This document shows positions 39,585 through 49,635 of a stretch of DNA of 64,000 nucleotides, piece by piece. Source of the DNA: an uncultured Chloroflexia bacterium. GTDB lineage: Bacteria > Chloroflexota > Limnocylindria > QHBO01. The DNA lies in NCBI GenBank assembly GCA_963827475.1, contig CAWHAZ010000003.1, positions 64,001-128,000 of the forward strand, read 5' to 3'. Every line of letters starts with the position of its first letter. Within the stretch, counting starts at the first letter, position 1. The position numbers and the translations under genes were made by a program. The notes under the pieces were generated by a model. The model did no database searches. It had not been told where the DNA came from and saw only the letters and a program-made list of their open reading frames with translations.

Positions 39585-40796
39585 TTACGGGCCGCCGGCG
39601 GTGAGCGTCACCGTCACCGGGGCGAGGGGTTGGACGAGGGTGATCCCGGCCGGAAGGTTCACGGTCGGTGTGACCTGGTGCGTGCCCTCGCCCAGCCCCG
39701 CCATGTTCAGGATCGGGGTGACCTGGGCCGGGGTGAGGGCCGCCACCGCGGACCTCGTCCCACTGACCGTGACCGGGATCTGGCCCGCGGCCGGCTCGCA
39801 GGTCAACCCGGCGCCCACGTTGGTGCAGACCGGTCCGGCGAGGATCGTGCGGCTCGCGAACTCCGGGGCGACGTCGACCGTCACCGAGGCCACCGGCTCC
39901 ACCCCGTCGGCGAGACGGGTCTGGTCCGGAATGGTGAGCGCGACCTCGATCACGGTGTCGGCGGTGACGGTCGCGAGGTTGATGGGCGCCGTGGAAACGC
40001 TCGCGATCGACGCAAGCACCGCCGGCGGGCCGAAGATCGTGACCGCGGCTGGTTCGGCACTGACCGCGGTCAGGGTCAGACCGACCGGCGGGCTGCCCTC
40101 GAGGTCGAGGGCGACCGGTACCGTCTTCGAGGTCTCGGCGGTGCTGACCTCGATGTCGACCGACGCCGCGTTGGGCGACAGCTCGACCGCCGGCACGGGC
40201 TCGCCGTCGACATTGACCGGGACGAGGTCGACCTGCTCGTGCACGTCGATCCCGGAGGGGTCGATCCGCACCCGGGCGAGGGCACGGGTCACGAGCCGCA
40301 GGCGGCTCTCCGGGCCCTGTGCCTGGACCGTGGACGGCATGACGTTCTGCGACGTGATCTCCAGCCCGGCCGGGATCTCGCCGCGGTCGACGACCACCTG
40401 CACCGTCCGCACCCCGAGCCGGTCGAGGATGACCGACACCTCGAGCGGGGCGTAGTCGAGCACCTCGACCTCCTCGTCCAGGGAGCGGACGTCGACGGGC
40501 AGGAGCTGCGGCTCGCCCGCCTGGGTCATGTCATAGACCTCGAGGTCGACGGATACGCTGAAGGTGGTGGCCGTTACCCCGCCGGCGGCCGCGGCTGATG
40601 CGCGGTATCCGATGTCGACCGTGCCAAGGTCGCCGGTGAGCAGATACGTGTTCAGCGGCTGGTTCACCGCCCGAATCGCCACCCCGGTAACCTGCTGCTC
40701 GGTGAACGAGCCGGAGTACACCAGGCCGGCGTAGAGCAGGACCGACAGGAGCAGGGCGCCCAGCTTCAGCGGCCAGTTGCGCAGCAGCCAGGCCAT
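39585..40796 (-). CDS. cdaR: CdaR/YbbR-like c-di-AMP regulator
   Basis: NWPLKLGALLLSVLLY TM helix followed by beta-rich YbbR repeats (P..V...GP); lies between cdaA and glmM. Confidence 0.85.
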   Translation of the reverse strand: MAWLLRNWPLKLGALLLSVLLYAGLVYSGSFTEQQVTGVAIRAVNQPLNTYLLTGDLGTVDIGYRASAAAAGGVTATTFSVSVDLEVYDMTQAGEPQLLPVDVRSLDEEVEVLDYAPLEVSVILDRLGVRTVQVVVDRGEIPAGLEITSQNVMPSTVQAQGPESRLRLVTRALARVRIDPSGIDVHEQVDLVPVNVDGEPVPAVELSPNAASVDIEVSTAETSKTVPVALDLEGSPPVGLTLTAVSAEPAAVTIFGPPAVLASIASVSTAPINLATVTADTVIEVALTIPDQTRLADGVEPVASVTVDVAPEFASRTILAGPVCTNVGAGLTCEPAAGQIPVTVSGTRSAVAALTPAQVTPILNMAGLGEGTHQVTPTVNLPAGITLVQPLAPVTVTLTAGGP

Positions 40797-41851
40797 CAGG
40801 CGCGGCGGTCTCCGCTGGCCACCGGCGCCGCGGGGTCGGACGGGTCCGGCGCAGGAGTGGCAGGTTTCTGCGCCTGGGCGGCGGTCTTCTTCGTCTGGGC
40901 GGCGGGCTTCTGCCCCGGAGAGGTCGCGTCAGCCGGCGGCGCGACGGAGGTGACCACCCGGTCGTCGGGGTCGATCGGCGCCTCGACCGGCTCGTCCTCG
41001 GGCATGCCCCATCGACCCTCCAGCGTGCGCCGCAGGAGCGGCGCTGCTTCGCGCGGGGCCTGGGGCCGGATGAGGCTGAAGATCCGGCGCCGAAGCCGGT
41101 CCTCGCTGAGGTTCCGCTCGATGCGCCCCCGGACGACGAGCGAGATGGAACCGGTTTCCTCGCTGACGACCACGATCAGGGCATCGGTCTGCTCGCTGAT
41201 GCCGATCGCCGCCCGGTGGCGGGTCCCGTACCGCTCGCTGTCGAGCACGTTCTGGCTGAGCGGGAGCAGGACGCCGGCAGCGACGATCCGGTTGCCGGAG
41301 ACGACCACCGCGCCATCGTGCAGCGCGGTGCCGTGGTAGAAGATCGTGGCCAGCAGCTCGGCATGGAGATCGGCGTTGATCGGCACGCCGGACTCGGCGG
41401 TCAGGTCATGGAGGCCGGTCTCGCGCTCGATCACGATCAGTGCCCCGTGGCGCGACCCGGCCAGCAGGCGCGCGGCTCGCGACACCTCGCGGGCCACGCT
41501 GTCGGCCGCGGAGACCTCGGACGACACGAACAGACGGTTCAGGGAGCCCATCCGGCCGATCTGCTCGAGTCCACGACGCAGCTCCGGCTGGAAGACGACG
41601 ACCACCGCGAACAGGCCGACCACCGCCCCGGCCTGGAGCAGGGTCGAGAGCAGGACGAGATCGAAGGCCTGGGCGGCGATGTAGACCAGGGCCACGATGG
41701 ACAGGCCGATCAGGATCCGGACCGCGCGCGTGCCCCGAATGAGCACGAACAGCCAGTAGATCAGGACGGCGACGACGATGATGTCGATGATCGAGGTCAG
41801 CGGCGTGCCGCGCAGGAAGGTGTCGAGGAAGTCGCTGATGCTCTCCGGCAC
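40796..41851 (-). CDS. cdaA: Diadenylate cyclase CdaA/DacA
   Basis: 3 TM helices, VFQPELRR.LEQIG, HDGAV, GTRHRAAIGISE, VVSEETG. Confidence 0.95.
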   Translation of the reverse strand: MPESISDFLDTFLRGTPLTSIIDIIVVAVLIYWLFVLIRGTRAVRILIGLSIVALVYIAAQAFDLVLLSTLLQAGAVVGLFAVVVVFQPELRRGLEQIGRMGSLNRLFVSSEVSAADSVAREVSRAARLLAGSRHGALIVIERETGLHDLTAESGVPINADLHAELLATIFYHGTALHDGAVVVSGNRIVAAGVLLPLSQNVLDSERYGTRHRAAIGISEQTDALIVVVSEETGSISLVVRGRIERNLSEDRLRRRIFSLIRPQAPREAAPLLRRTLEGRWGMPEDEPVEAPIDPDDRVVTSVAPPADATSPGQKPAAQTKKTAAQAQKPATPAPDPSDPAAPVASGDRRA

Positions 41852-41885
41852 GTTCAGACAGGAGCTCCCCTTCGGTCGGGGGACA

Positions 41886-41894
41886 ATGGTAGCA
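41886..41894 (-). promoter_or_regulatory. Extended -10 promoter (TGcTACCAT) for cdaA
   Basis: TGn + TACCAT about 35 nt upstream of the cdaA GTG; GGGGAG RBS follows. Confidence 0.55.
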
Positions 41895-41939
41895 AAGGCC
41901 CCCGAGCGTTCCCCCGGAACGGTCCGGGAGCGGTCCTGA

Positions 41940-42332
41940 TCAGCGCTTGGTGTACTGCGGCGCCTTGCGAGCTCGCTTCAGGCCGTACTTCTTGCGCTCC
42001 TTCGCCCGGGGATCACGGGTGAGCAACCCCGCCTCGCGGAGGGCGCCGCGGAAGTCGGGATGGCCAGCGAGCAACGCGCGGGCAATCCCGTGGCGGATGG
42101 CCCCCGCCTGGCCGGACGTTCCGCCACCGGCAACCAGCACGCTGGCCGCGTAGCGGCCCTCGGTATCGGTCACCCGGAAGGGCAGGCGGATCGGGGCCAC
42201 TCGGGCCTCGCCGCCGAAGTACTCATCGGCCGGCTTGCCGTTCACGGTCATCGCCCCGTCACCGGGGAGGAGCCGGACTCGGGCCACCGAGGTCTTGCGA
42301 CGCCCGGTCCCGTACAGGTAGTTGACGCTCAC
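41940..42332 (-). CDS. rpsI: 30S ribosomal protein S9
   Basis: [39 protein letters not shown]; start GTG 42332. Confidence 0.97.
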   Translation of the reverse strand: MSVNYLYGTGRRKTSVARVRLLPGDGAMTVNGKPADEYFGGEARVAPIRLPFRVTDTEGRYAASVLVAGGGTSGQAGAIRHGIARALLAGHPDFRGALREAGLLTRDPRAKERKKYGLKRARKAPQYTKR

Positions 42333-42775
42333 GACGCCTCCTCGGGCTGCTCGTCGGCCGGGCGCGGAAGCTGGGCCTTGTGGGGATGGTCCGCTCCGGG
42401 ATAAACCTTCAACTTGCGGTACATCGCGTTGCCGAGCCGGTTGTGGGGCAGCATGCCCTTGACCGCCATCTCGATCACGCGCTCGGGCTTCCGGGCGAGG
42501 AGGTCGCCGAGCGACTCCTCGCGCAGCCCGCCGGGGTAGTTGGAATGGCGGTAGTACCGCTTCTGGGCGAGCTTGTTGCCGGTCACCCGCACGCGCGCGG
42601 CATTGACCACCACCACGTGGTCCCCGCTGTCGAGGTGCGGCGACCAGGTCGCCTTGTGCTTGCCGGCCAGGAGCGTCGCGACGCGCGTGGCCAACCGCCC
42701 GAGCGGCTGATCCGTGGCGTCGATGAGCCACCAGCCCCGGTCGATCTCGCTGGCCTTGACCGCGTAGGTCTTCAC
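42329..42775 (-). CDS. rplM: 50S ribosomal protein L13
   Basis: [31 protein letters not shown]. Confidence 0.97.
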   Translation of the reverse strand: MKTYAVKASEIDRGWWLIDATDQPLGRLATRVATLLAGKHKATWSPHLDSGDHVVVVNAARVRVTGNKLAQKRYYRHSNYPGGLREESLGDLLARKPERVIEMAVKGMLPHNRLGNAMYRKLKVYPGADHPHKAQLPRPADEQPEEAS

Positions 42776-43557
42776 GTTCGTCTCTCGTCTCCTGTCGTTC
42801 CGAAGCTGATCCGCTCGAGCGTGAGCCCCAGGGCCGGGGCGGCCCGCCCGTACAGGGCGCGCTGCCGGGCCTCGAGGATCTGCTCGACGTCGGCCGAGGC
42901 CATCTGGCCCCGCCCCACGGCGAGCAACACCGCCACCAGGCTTCGCACCATCCGGCGGAGGAACGCGTTGCCCTCGACCGTGACCTCGACCAGCGTCCCG
43001 CGCTGCCGGACCGTGACCGCCGCCAGGTGGCGGACCGTCTGGCCCCGCGCGTCGCTGCCGAGGGCGGCGAAGTCGCGTTCCCCCACCATCCGGGCCGCGG
43101 CATCGCGCATGGCGGCTACGTCCAGGTGGTCGGGGATCTCGAGCGTCCGATGCCGGTCCGTCGGGCGGCGGTCGCCGTCCTGCCGGATCCGGTAGCAGTA
43201 GGTCCGCGCCACGGCCGCGCGACGGGGATCGAACCCCGTTCCCGCGCTCCGCAGGGAGCGGATCACCACATCCGGCGCCAGCGCCGCGTTCAGGCGTCGC
43301 CGCAGCTCTGCCATTCCGATCCGCTCCCCGCGGGGGCGGCTCGGCAGGCAGAAGGCGATCACCTGACCGGTGGCGTGCACGCCGGCATCGGTGCGCCCGG
43401 CGAATCGGACCGTGATCCGCTCGCCGGTCAGCTTGTTAAGCGCGTCCTCCAGCTCGCCCTGCACCGTCCGCTGTCGCGGCTGGCGCTGCGAGCCGGCGAA
43501 CGCCGTCCCGTCGTACTCGATCACCGCCCGGGCGCATCGTCGCGCCACGGGAGGCAT
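42772..43557 (-). CDS. truA: tRNA pseudouridine(38-40) synthase
   Basis: [37 protein letters not shown]. Confidence 0.95.
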   Translation of the reverse strand: MPPVARRCARAVIEYDGTAFAGSQRQPRQRTVQGELEDALNKLTGERITVRFAGRTDAGVHATGQVIAFCLPSRPRGERIGMAELRRRLNAALAPDVVIRSLRSAGTGFDPRRAAVARTYCYRIRQDGDRRPTDRHRTLEIPDHLDVAAMRDAAARMVGERDFAALGSDARGQTVRHLAAVTVRQRGTLVEVTVEGNAFLRRMVRSLVAVLLAVGRGQMASADVEQILEARQRALYGRAAPALGLTLERISFGTTGDERRT

Positions 43558-43592
43558 CGGTTCTTCGGTTGTTCGGCCGGTCGAGCGCGCCC

Positions 43593-43946
43593 TCAGACGA
43601 GCTCGATCTGCACCATCGGCGCCGCGTCGCCGGCCCGGGGTCCGAGACGCGTGATCCGCGTGAACCCCGACCCCCGGTCGGCGTACTTGGTCGCCAGTTC
43701 GCCCATCAGCTTCTCGATGATGAGCGGCTCATTCGGCAGCTGGGCCACCAGCCGCCGTCGGGCCGGCAGGTCGCCGCGCTTGGCGGTGACGATCAGCCGG
43801 TCCACCATGCCCCGCACCTCCTTGGCCTTCGCCTCGGTCGTCTTCAGCCGTTCGTAGCGGAGGACGGCCACGGCCAGGTTGGCGAGCATGTGCTCGCGGT
43901 GGGCCGTGGGCCGGCTCAGCTTCCGGCCGGCGATGCGGTGCGGCAT
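43593..43946 (-). CDS. rplQ: 50S ribosomal protein L17
   Basis: RKLSR..AHR..ML.NL..TTEAKAKE..GFTRI..GDAAPM. Confidence 0.97.
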   Translation of the reverse strand: MPHRIAGRKLSRPTAHREHMLANLAVAVLRYERLKTTEAKAKEVRGMVDRLIVTAKRGDLPARRRLVAQLPNEPLIIEKLMGELATKYADRGSGFTRITRLGPRAGDAAPMVQIELV

Positions 43947-43957
43947 CGTTCGGTTTC

Positions 43958-44977
43958 CTAGGCCTCGCGGTTCAGCTCGGCGGCAACGGCCTCGTCGAGC
44001 TCGGCGGCGGCCGGCAGGTCGGCCTCGTCCGCCGTCGGGGTCCCATCCTCGGGCGGGATGAACCCGCGCAGGGCGAGGCGCTCTTTCATGTCGTCGAGGC
44101 TCTTCTTGCCGAAGTTCCGCATCCGAAGCAGCTCGTCGTCTCCGAGCGCCAGGAGCTGGCCGATCTTCGTGATGTTGTTGCGCTTCAGGCTGTTGTAGGC
44201 CCGCATCGGGAGATCGAGCTCCTCGATCGGGGCGTCGAGCAGGCTGGCCGCCAGCGGCGCGGGGACGTCGTCCCCGGTCGCCATCGCCGGCCGTCCGATC
44301 TCGGCGAAGCGGGAGAACTCGCGGACGAGGATCCCCGCCGCCTGGGCGAGCGCTGCCTGGGGGGTGCTGGTCCCATCGGTTTCGATCTCGAGGGTCAGCT
44401 TGTCGAAGTTCGTCATCTGGCCGACCCGGGTGTTCTCGACCGAGAAGTTCACGTTGCGCACCGGGGAGAAGATCGCGTCGACCGGGATGACCCCGATCGG
44501 CATCTCTTCCGTGTGCTCCGCGGCGCGGTAGCCGACACCGGTTTCGATCGTGATGTCCATGTCGATCGAGCCCGCATCCGAATCCAGGGTGAGCAGCTCG
44601 AGGTCGGGGTTCACGATCTCGACGTCTGCCGACTCGGCGATGTCGCCGGCGGTGACGAGCCCGGCGCCGTGCTTGGCGAGCTTGAGCGTCACCGGGTGCG
44701 GGGCGAAGGACCGGAGCCGGATCTTCTTCATGTTCAGCACGATCTGGGTCACGTCTTCCTTGACGGCCGGGATGGTGCTGAACTCGTGGTAGACGTTGGC
44801 GACCTGGATGGAGGTCACGGCCGCCCCCTCGAGCGACGAGAGCAGGACGCGGCGCAGGGCGTTGCCCAGGGTGACCCCGTAGCCGGCGGCGAGGGGCTGG
44901 ATCTCGAATCGGCCCGCAGCGCCATGCGCCTCGACCTCTTCAATACGCGGGGTGGACTCGGGTTCGATCATCAGCAA
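43958..44977 (-). CDS. rpoA: RNA polymerase alpha subunit
   Basis: GYGVTLGNALRRVLLSSLEG, HEFSTIP.VKEDV, IPVDAIFSPV, RAYNSLKR, RNFGKKS. Confidence 0.97.
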   Translation of the reverse strand: MLMIEPESTPRIEEVEAHGAAGRFEIQPLAAGYGVTLGNALRRVLLSSLEGAAVTSIQVANVYHEFSTIPAVKEDVTQIVLNMKKIRLRSFAPHPVTLKLAKHGAGLVTAGDIAESADVEIVNPDLELLTLDSDAGSIDMDITIETGVGYRAAEHTEEMPIGVIPVDAIFSPVRNVNFSVENTRVGQMTNFDKLTLEIETDGTSTPQAALAQAAGILVREFSRFAEIGRPAMATGDDVPAPLAASLLDAPIEELDLPMRAYNSLKRNNITKIGQLLALGDDELLRMRNFGKKSLDDMKERLALRGFIPPEDGTPTADEADLPAAAELDEAVAAELNREA

Positions 44978-44986
44978 GGGGGACTC

Positions 44987-45613
44987 CTAGCGCGAGTAGT
45001 ACTCGACGACGAGCTGTTCGTTGAACTCCATGGGCATCTGCTCACGGGTTGGTTCGGCGGTGACGGTTCCGGAGAGCTTGGTCGGATCCGCGCTCACCCA
45101 GTCCGGGACCTGGGCGGCACGCATGGACTCGGGCGCAGCCTGGAAATAGGTGCGGCTGCGGCGCGTGTCGCGGACCTCGACACGGTCGCCCACCGAGACC
45201 TGGCGGCTCGGGGACTTGGTCGCCCGGCCGTTGACGTTGAAGTGGCCGTGGGTGACCAGCTGGCGCGCCTGGGCGCGCGAGGTCGCGAAGCCCATGCGAT
45301 ACACGACGTTGTCGAGGCGCATCTCGAGCATGCGCAGCAGGTTCTCGCCGGTCATCCCCTTCTGGCGGGCGGCTTCGCGGAAGTAGTTGCGGAACTGGCG
45401 CTCCATGACCGAGTAGCTGCGCCGGACCCGCTGCTTCTCACGCATCTGGAGCCCGTACTCGCTCACCTTCCGCCGGCGGGTGGGGTTCATGCCGGGCGGC
45501 GTGCTGCGTCGTTCGAACGAGCACTTCTTCGAGTAGCAGCGGCTCCCCTTCAGGAAGAGCTTCAGCCCCTCGCGACGGCAGATGCGGCAGACCGGATCCG
45601 TGTAGCGCGCCAT
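44987..45613 (-). CDS. rpsD: 30S ribosomal protein S4 (zinc type)
   Basis: MARYTDPVCRICRREG, LEMRLDNVVYRMG, LVVEYYSR. Confidence 0.98.
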   Translation of the reverse strand: MARYTDPVCRICRREGLKLFLKGSRCYSKKCSFERRSTPPGMNPTRRRKVSEYGLQMREKQRVRRSYSVMERQFRNYFREAARQKGMTGENLLRMLEMRLDNVVYRMGFATSRAQARQLVTHGHFNVNGRATKSPSRQVSVGDRVEVRDTRRSRTYFQAAPESMRAAQVPDWVSADPTKLSGTVTAEPTREQMPMEFNEQLVVEYYSR

Positions 45614-45616
45614 GGC

Positions 45617-46012
45617 TCAGACCCGCCGCCGCTTCGGTGGGCGGCAGCCGTTGTGCGGAATGGGCGTGACGTCGGTGATGGCGGTGACCTCCAGGCCGGC
45701 GGCCTGCAGCGAACGGATGGCCTGCTCGCGGCCGGCCCCCGGGCCCTTCACGAAGACCTCGACCTGGCGGACGCCGTGCTCCATCGCCTTGCGGGCGGCG
45801 AGCTCGGCGGTCTGGGCCGCGGCGTACGGCGTGCTCTTGCGCGAGCCCTTGAAGCCGACCAGCCCCGCGCTGCCCCAGGCGATCACGCCACCACCAGGAT
45901 CGGTGATGGTGACGATCGTGTTGTTGAACGTGGCCTGGATGTGGGCGTGCCCGGACGGGACGTTCTTCTTCTCGCGCTTCTTGGTGCGCGTTTTCGTCTT
46001 GCGTTCAGCCAT
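45617..46012 (-). CDS. rpsK: 30S ribosomal protein S11
   Basis: [41 protein letters not shown]. Confidence 0.98.
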   Translation of the reverse strand: MAERKTKTRTKKREKKNVPSGHAHIQATFNNTIVTITDPGGGVIAWGSAGLVGFKGSRKSTPYAAAQTAELAARKAMEHGVRQVEVFVKGPGAGREQAIRSLQAAGLEVTAITDVTPIPHNGCRPPKRRRV

Positions 46013-46030
46013 GGATCTCGCTGCTACTCG

Positions 46031-46402
46031 TTACTTCTTGCGCCGGATGCCGACGGTTCGGCGCGAGCCGCGCCGCTGGCGAGCGTTGGTCTTGGTCCGC
46101 TGCCCCCGGGAGGGCAGGTTTCGCCGATGACGAACGCCGCGATAGGCGCCGATCTCCATCAGGCGCTTGATGTTCATGCTGACCTCGCGGCGGACGTCAC
46201 CCTCGACGCGGTACCGCTTGTCGATGATGTCGCGGAGGCGGGTGACCTCGTCCTCGGTGAGATCGCGGACCCGCGCGTCAGGCGACACGTTGGCCGCGGT
46301 CACGACCTTGGCCGCGGTGGCCGGGCCGATGCCGTGGATGTAGGTCAGGGACACGATCACCCGCTTCTCGCGGGGAATGTCCACGCCGGCGATGCGCGCC
46401 AT
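46031..46402 (-). CDS. rpsM: 30S ribosomal protein S13
   Basis: [31 protein letters not shown]. Confidence 0.98.
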   Translation of the reverse strand: MARIAGVDIPREKRVIVSLTYIHGIGPATAAKVVTAANVSPDARVRDLTEDEVTRLRDIIDKRYRVEGDVRREVSMNIKRLMEIGAYRGVRHRRNLPSRGQRTKTNARQRRGSRRTVGIRRKK

Positions 46403-46411
46403 CAGCTGCCC

Positions 46412-46525
46412 CTAGCCCTGCCGCTGGCGGTGCTTGGGGATGCGGCAGATGACCAGCACCACACCCGAGCGCCGAATGACCTTGCAGCGCTCGCAGCGGG
46501 GCTTGACCGAAGCAGAAACCTTCAT
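46412..46525 (-). CDS. rpmJ: 50S ribosomal protein L36
   Basis: Below the ORF-track cutoff; manual translation [37 protein letters not shown]. Confidence 0.96.
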   Translation of the reverse strand: MKVSASVKPRCERCKVIRRSGVVLVICRIPKHRQRQG

Positions 46526-46740
46526 CGCATCCTGTACGTGATCCGACCTCGGGTGAGGTCGTAGGGACTGAGCTCGACTCGAACGGTGTCGCCGGGCAGG
46601 ATGCGGATGAAGTTCTTGCGGAGCTTCCCCGAGATGTGGGCCAGGACTTCGTGGCCGTTCTCGAGGCGCACCTTGAACATCGCGTTCGGCAAGGGGAGGA
46701 TCACCTCGCCCTCGACCTCAATGGCATCCTTCTTCGGCAA
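46522..46740 (-). CDS. infA: Translation initiation factor IF-1
   Basis: [37 protein letters not shown]; TTG start. Confidence 0.98.
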   Translation of the reverse strand: MPKKDAIEVEGEVILPLPNAMFKVRLENGHEVLAHISGKLRKNFIRILPGDTVRVELSPYDLTRGRITYRMR

Positions 46741-46826
46741 GCGCTACGCACCCTCGTTCGCGGTCTATCTACTCTCAATTGGGGGGACACACCGAAAGGC
46801 CGCCGCACGCGGCGACCGGATCGAAG

Positions 46827-46855
46827 AGTATACATCCGGCCCCGATTTCGGGCAA
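46827..46855 (-). promoter_or_regulatory. Sigma-70 promoter for the infA-alpha operon
   Basis: TTGCCC-17 nt-TATACT. Confidence 0.7.
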
Positions 46856-46869
46856 TCGGCGGCCTGGTT

Positions 46870-47673
46870 TCATGCCGGCACCGTCCGCCCGGTCAGGCGC
46901 TCCGCGCCGTCTGGTCCGATGACGATGGTGTCCTCGAAATGCGCGGACAGCGAACCGTCCGCGGTCACCACCGTCCACCCGTCGTCCATCAGCCGAACAT
47001 CGTCACCACCGAGGTTGAACATCGGTTCGATGGCGAGGCACATCCCCGGCTCGAGCCGCATCCCGGTCCCCGGCCGGCCGTAGTTCGGCACCTGCGGCTC
47101 CTCGTGCATGGCAGAACCGATGCCGTGGCCCACGAACGGCCGGACGATCCCGTAACCGCGGGCGTTGGCCACGGCTTCGATGGCGGCCCCGATGTCCCCC
47201 AGCCGGTTTCCCGGCAGCGCCACCTCGATGCCGGCGGCCAGGGCGGCTCGGGTGGCCTCCACCAGGGCGATTGCCCGGGGATCGACCGTCCCCACCGTGA
47301 AGGTCCGCGCGCAGTCGGCGTGCCAGCCTTCCCAGATGCAGCCGACGTCGAGGCTGACGAGGTCGCCGTCACGGATCCGGCGTTGTGACGAGGGAATGCC
47401 GTGCACCACCTCGTCGTTGAGCGAGGTGCAGATCGTGCCCGGGAAGGGCGGGTTGGACCCGTAGCCCTTGAAGGAGGAGACGGCGCCGGCGTCGCGAATG
47501 TGATCGACGGCCAGCGCGTCCAGCTCGGCGGTGGTCACCCCCGGGGCGAGCGCCGCTTCCAGCCGGTCGAGGAGCGCGACCAGGATCTCGCCCGCGCGGC
47601 GCATGTTCGCCACTTCCTCGGGTCGCTTGATCGTGGCGCTCGCGTGCCGGAGGGGAATGCCCACGGAGACCAA
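46870..47673 (-). CDS. map: Methionine aminopeptidase type I
   Basis: CTSLNDEVVHGIP, GHGIG..MHEEP, AIEPM, SAHFEDT; exact start uncertain. Confidence 0.96.
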   Translation of the reverse strand: MVSVGIPLRHASATIKRPEEVANMRRAGEILVALLDRLEAALAPGVTTAELDALAVDHIRDAGAVSSFKGYGSNPPFPGTICTSLNDEVVHGIPSSQRRIRDGDLVSLDVGCIWEGWHADCARTFTVGTVDPRAIALVEATRAALAAGIEVALPGNRLGDIGAAIEAVANARGYGIVRPFVGHGIGSAMHEEPQVPNYGRPGTGMRLEPGMCLAIEPMFNLGGDDVRLMDDGWTVVTADGSLSAHFEDTIVIGPDGAERLTGRTVPA

Positions 47674-47674
47674 C

Positions 47675-48355
47675 CTACTCGCTGCCCGCGGGTTCGTCGC
47701 CAGACGTCCCGACCTCGCCGACGGCCTCGCTGATCGCGGCGGTCACCGCGTCGATCCGCTGGCGGCCGTCGACTCGCGACAGCAGGCCGCGCGCGTCGTA
47801 GTAGTCCGCGACGTCGTACATCGGCGGCAGCTGCTCGCGGAGCCGCGCCCGGAAGACCTCCGGCTTGTCGTCCTCGCGCTGGACGAGCGCGGTCCCGTCG
47901 CGATTGCACACGCCGGCCGCGCGCGGCGGATCGTCGGTGGCGTGGTACGGCGTCCCGCACTCGGGGCAGACCCATCGCCCGGCGACGCGCTCGACGAGAA
48001 CCTCCTCGGGCACGTCGATCAGGATCGCGCGGTCGATGGCTCTTCCCTGCTCGGCGAGGAGCGCATCCAGCGCCTTCGCCTGCTCGAGCGTGCGCGGGAA
48101 GCCATCGAACACCACTCCGCCGGCGGCCGCCGTTCCGGACAGGGCCTCCCCCACCATGCGCACCGTGATCTCGTCCGGGACGAGCTCCCCGCGGCGCATG
48201 TAGCCCTGGGCCACCTCGCCGAGCGGGCTGCCCTCGCGCTTCGCGCGGCGAAACAGATCGCCCGTGGAGAGATGGAGCAGCCCGTTGTCGCGGGCCGCGA
48301 TGGCCGCCTGGGTTCCCTTTCCGGCCGCCACCGGGCCGAGCATGACGAGCATCAC
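47675..48355 (-). CDS. adk: Adenylate kinase
   Basis: GPVAAGKGTQA, STGDLFR, DGFPRT, zinc LID CPEC..C..D, QREDD. Confidence 0.96.
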   Translation of the reverse strand: MMLVMLGPVAAGKGTQAAIAARDNGLLHLSTGDLFRRAKREGSPLGEVAQGYMRRGELVPDEITVRMVGEALSGTAAAGGVVFDGFPRTLEQAKALDALLAEQGRAIDRAILIDVPEEVLVERVAGRWVCPECGTPYHATDDPPRAAGVCNRDGTALVQREDDKPEVFRARLREQLPPMYDVADYYDARGLLSRVDGRQRIDAVTAAISEAVGEVGTSGDEPAGSE

Positions 48356-49635
48356 CGGATGAAGCCCTCGTAGTTGCGCATCATCATCTGCGCTTCGAGC
48401 TGTTTCATGGTCTCGACCACGACCGCGACCACGATCAGGACGCTCGTCCCACCCAGCCGGATCGCCTCGGTGCCCGGGATGAAGGCGGAGATGATCAGCG
48501 GCGTGACCGCCACGCCACCGAGGAACAGCGCCCCGCCGAGGGTGATTCGGTTGGCGACGCGAGCCAGGAAGTCCTCCGTCGGACGCCCGGGCCGGATGCC
48601 GGGGATGAAGCCACCGTTCTTCCGCAGGAAGTCAGCCGTCTGGTCCGGCTTGAACTGGAACGCCGTGTAGAAGTAGGTGAAGAACACGACCAGCACAAAG
48701 TACAGCGCCCCGTACACGATCGGCGTCTGCGGGCTCAGGACCGTGCTGATCCAGGTCGCGACCTGGGCCACCAGCTCGTTGGAGCTGGTGGTGAAGTACT
48801 GCGCGATCTGGGCCGGGAACAGCAGGATGCTGACCGCGAAGATGATCGGGATCACGCCGGCCATGGTCACCTTCATCGGCAGGTACTGGGTCTGGCCCTG
48901 GTACATGCGCCGGCCGCGCACCCGGGAGGCGTACTGGACCGGGATCCGCCGCTGACCCTCGTTCACGAACACGACCGCGGCGATGATCAGGATCGCGACC
49001 ACGATGAACGGCAGGAGGCGAAGGAGGCCGTCCGGCGCGGAGAGGATCGGCCCGGCCTGGTCCGGCAACCGCCCGACGATGCCGGCGAAGATGATGAAGC
49101 TGATGCCGTTGCCCAGGCCCCGCTCGCTGATGAGCTCGCCGAGCCACATCAGGAGGATCGTGCCCGCCGTCCAGGCGATGAGCAGCGAGAACGTCTCGAA
49201 GCTGAGGAACGGGGTGGCCGGGATGACGCCGGCGTTCTGGAGCAGGACGGAGAAGCCGAATCCCTGGGCAAAGGCCAGGGGAACGGTCAGGTAGCGGGTG
49301 TACTGCTGGAGCCGGTTCCGACCGTACTCACCTTCCCGCTGCAGCTCCTGGAGCCGGGGGATGACCCCCTGCATGAGCTGCATGATGATGCTGGCGTTGA
49401 TGTAGGGGTTGAGGCCCAGACCGATGATCGAGGCCGTGGCCAGGCCGCCGCCGGAGAAGATGTCGAGCAGGGCGAGCAGCTGGTTGGTGGCGAACAGCTC
49501 CGCCAGTCGGGCCTGGTCGACGTTCGGGACCGGAACCGCGGTCAGGATCCTGAAGATCAGGAGGATGAACGCGGTGAAGAGGATCTTGCGCCGGATGTCC
49601 GGCGCCTGGATGGCGGTGACGACCGACTGAATCAC
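48352..49635 (-). CDS. secY: Preprotein translocase SecY
   Basis: LGLNPYINASIIMQL, WLGELISERGLGNGISFIIFAGIV, GVIPIIFA, FIPGIRPG, GGTSVLIVV. Confidence 0.98.
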   Translation of the reverse strand: MIQSVVTAIQAPDIRRKILFTAFILLIFRILTAVPVPNVDQARLAELFATNQLLALLDIFSGGGLATASIIGLGLNPYINASIIMQLMQGVIPRLQELQREGEYGRNRLQQYTRYLTVPLAFAQGFGFSVLLQNAGVIPATPFLSFETFSLLIAWTAGTILLMWLGELISERGLGNGISFIIFAGIVGRLPDQAGPILSAPDGLLRLLPFIVVAILIIAAVVFVNEGQRRIPVQYASRVRGRRMYQGQTQYLPMKVTMAGVIPIIFAVSILLFPAQIAQYFTTSSNELVAQVATWISTVLSPQTPIVYGALYFVLVVFFTYFYTAFQFKPDQTADFLRKNGGFIPGIRPGRPTEDFLARVANRITLGGALFLGGVAVTPLIISAFIPGTEAIRLGGTSVLIVVAVVVETMKQLEAQMMMRNYEGFIR

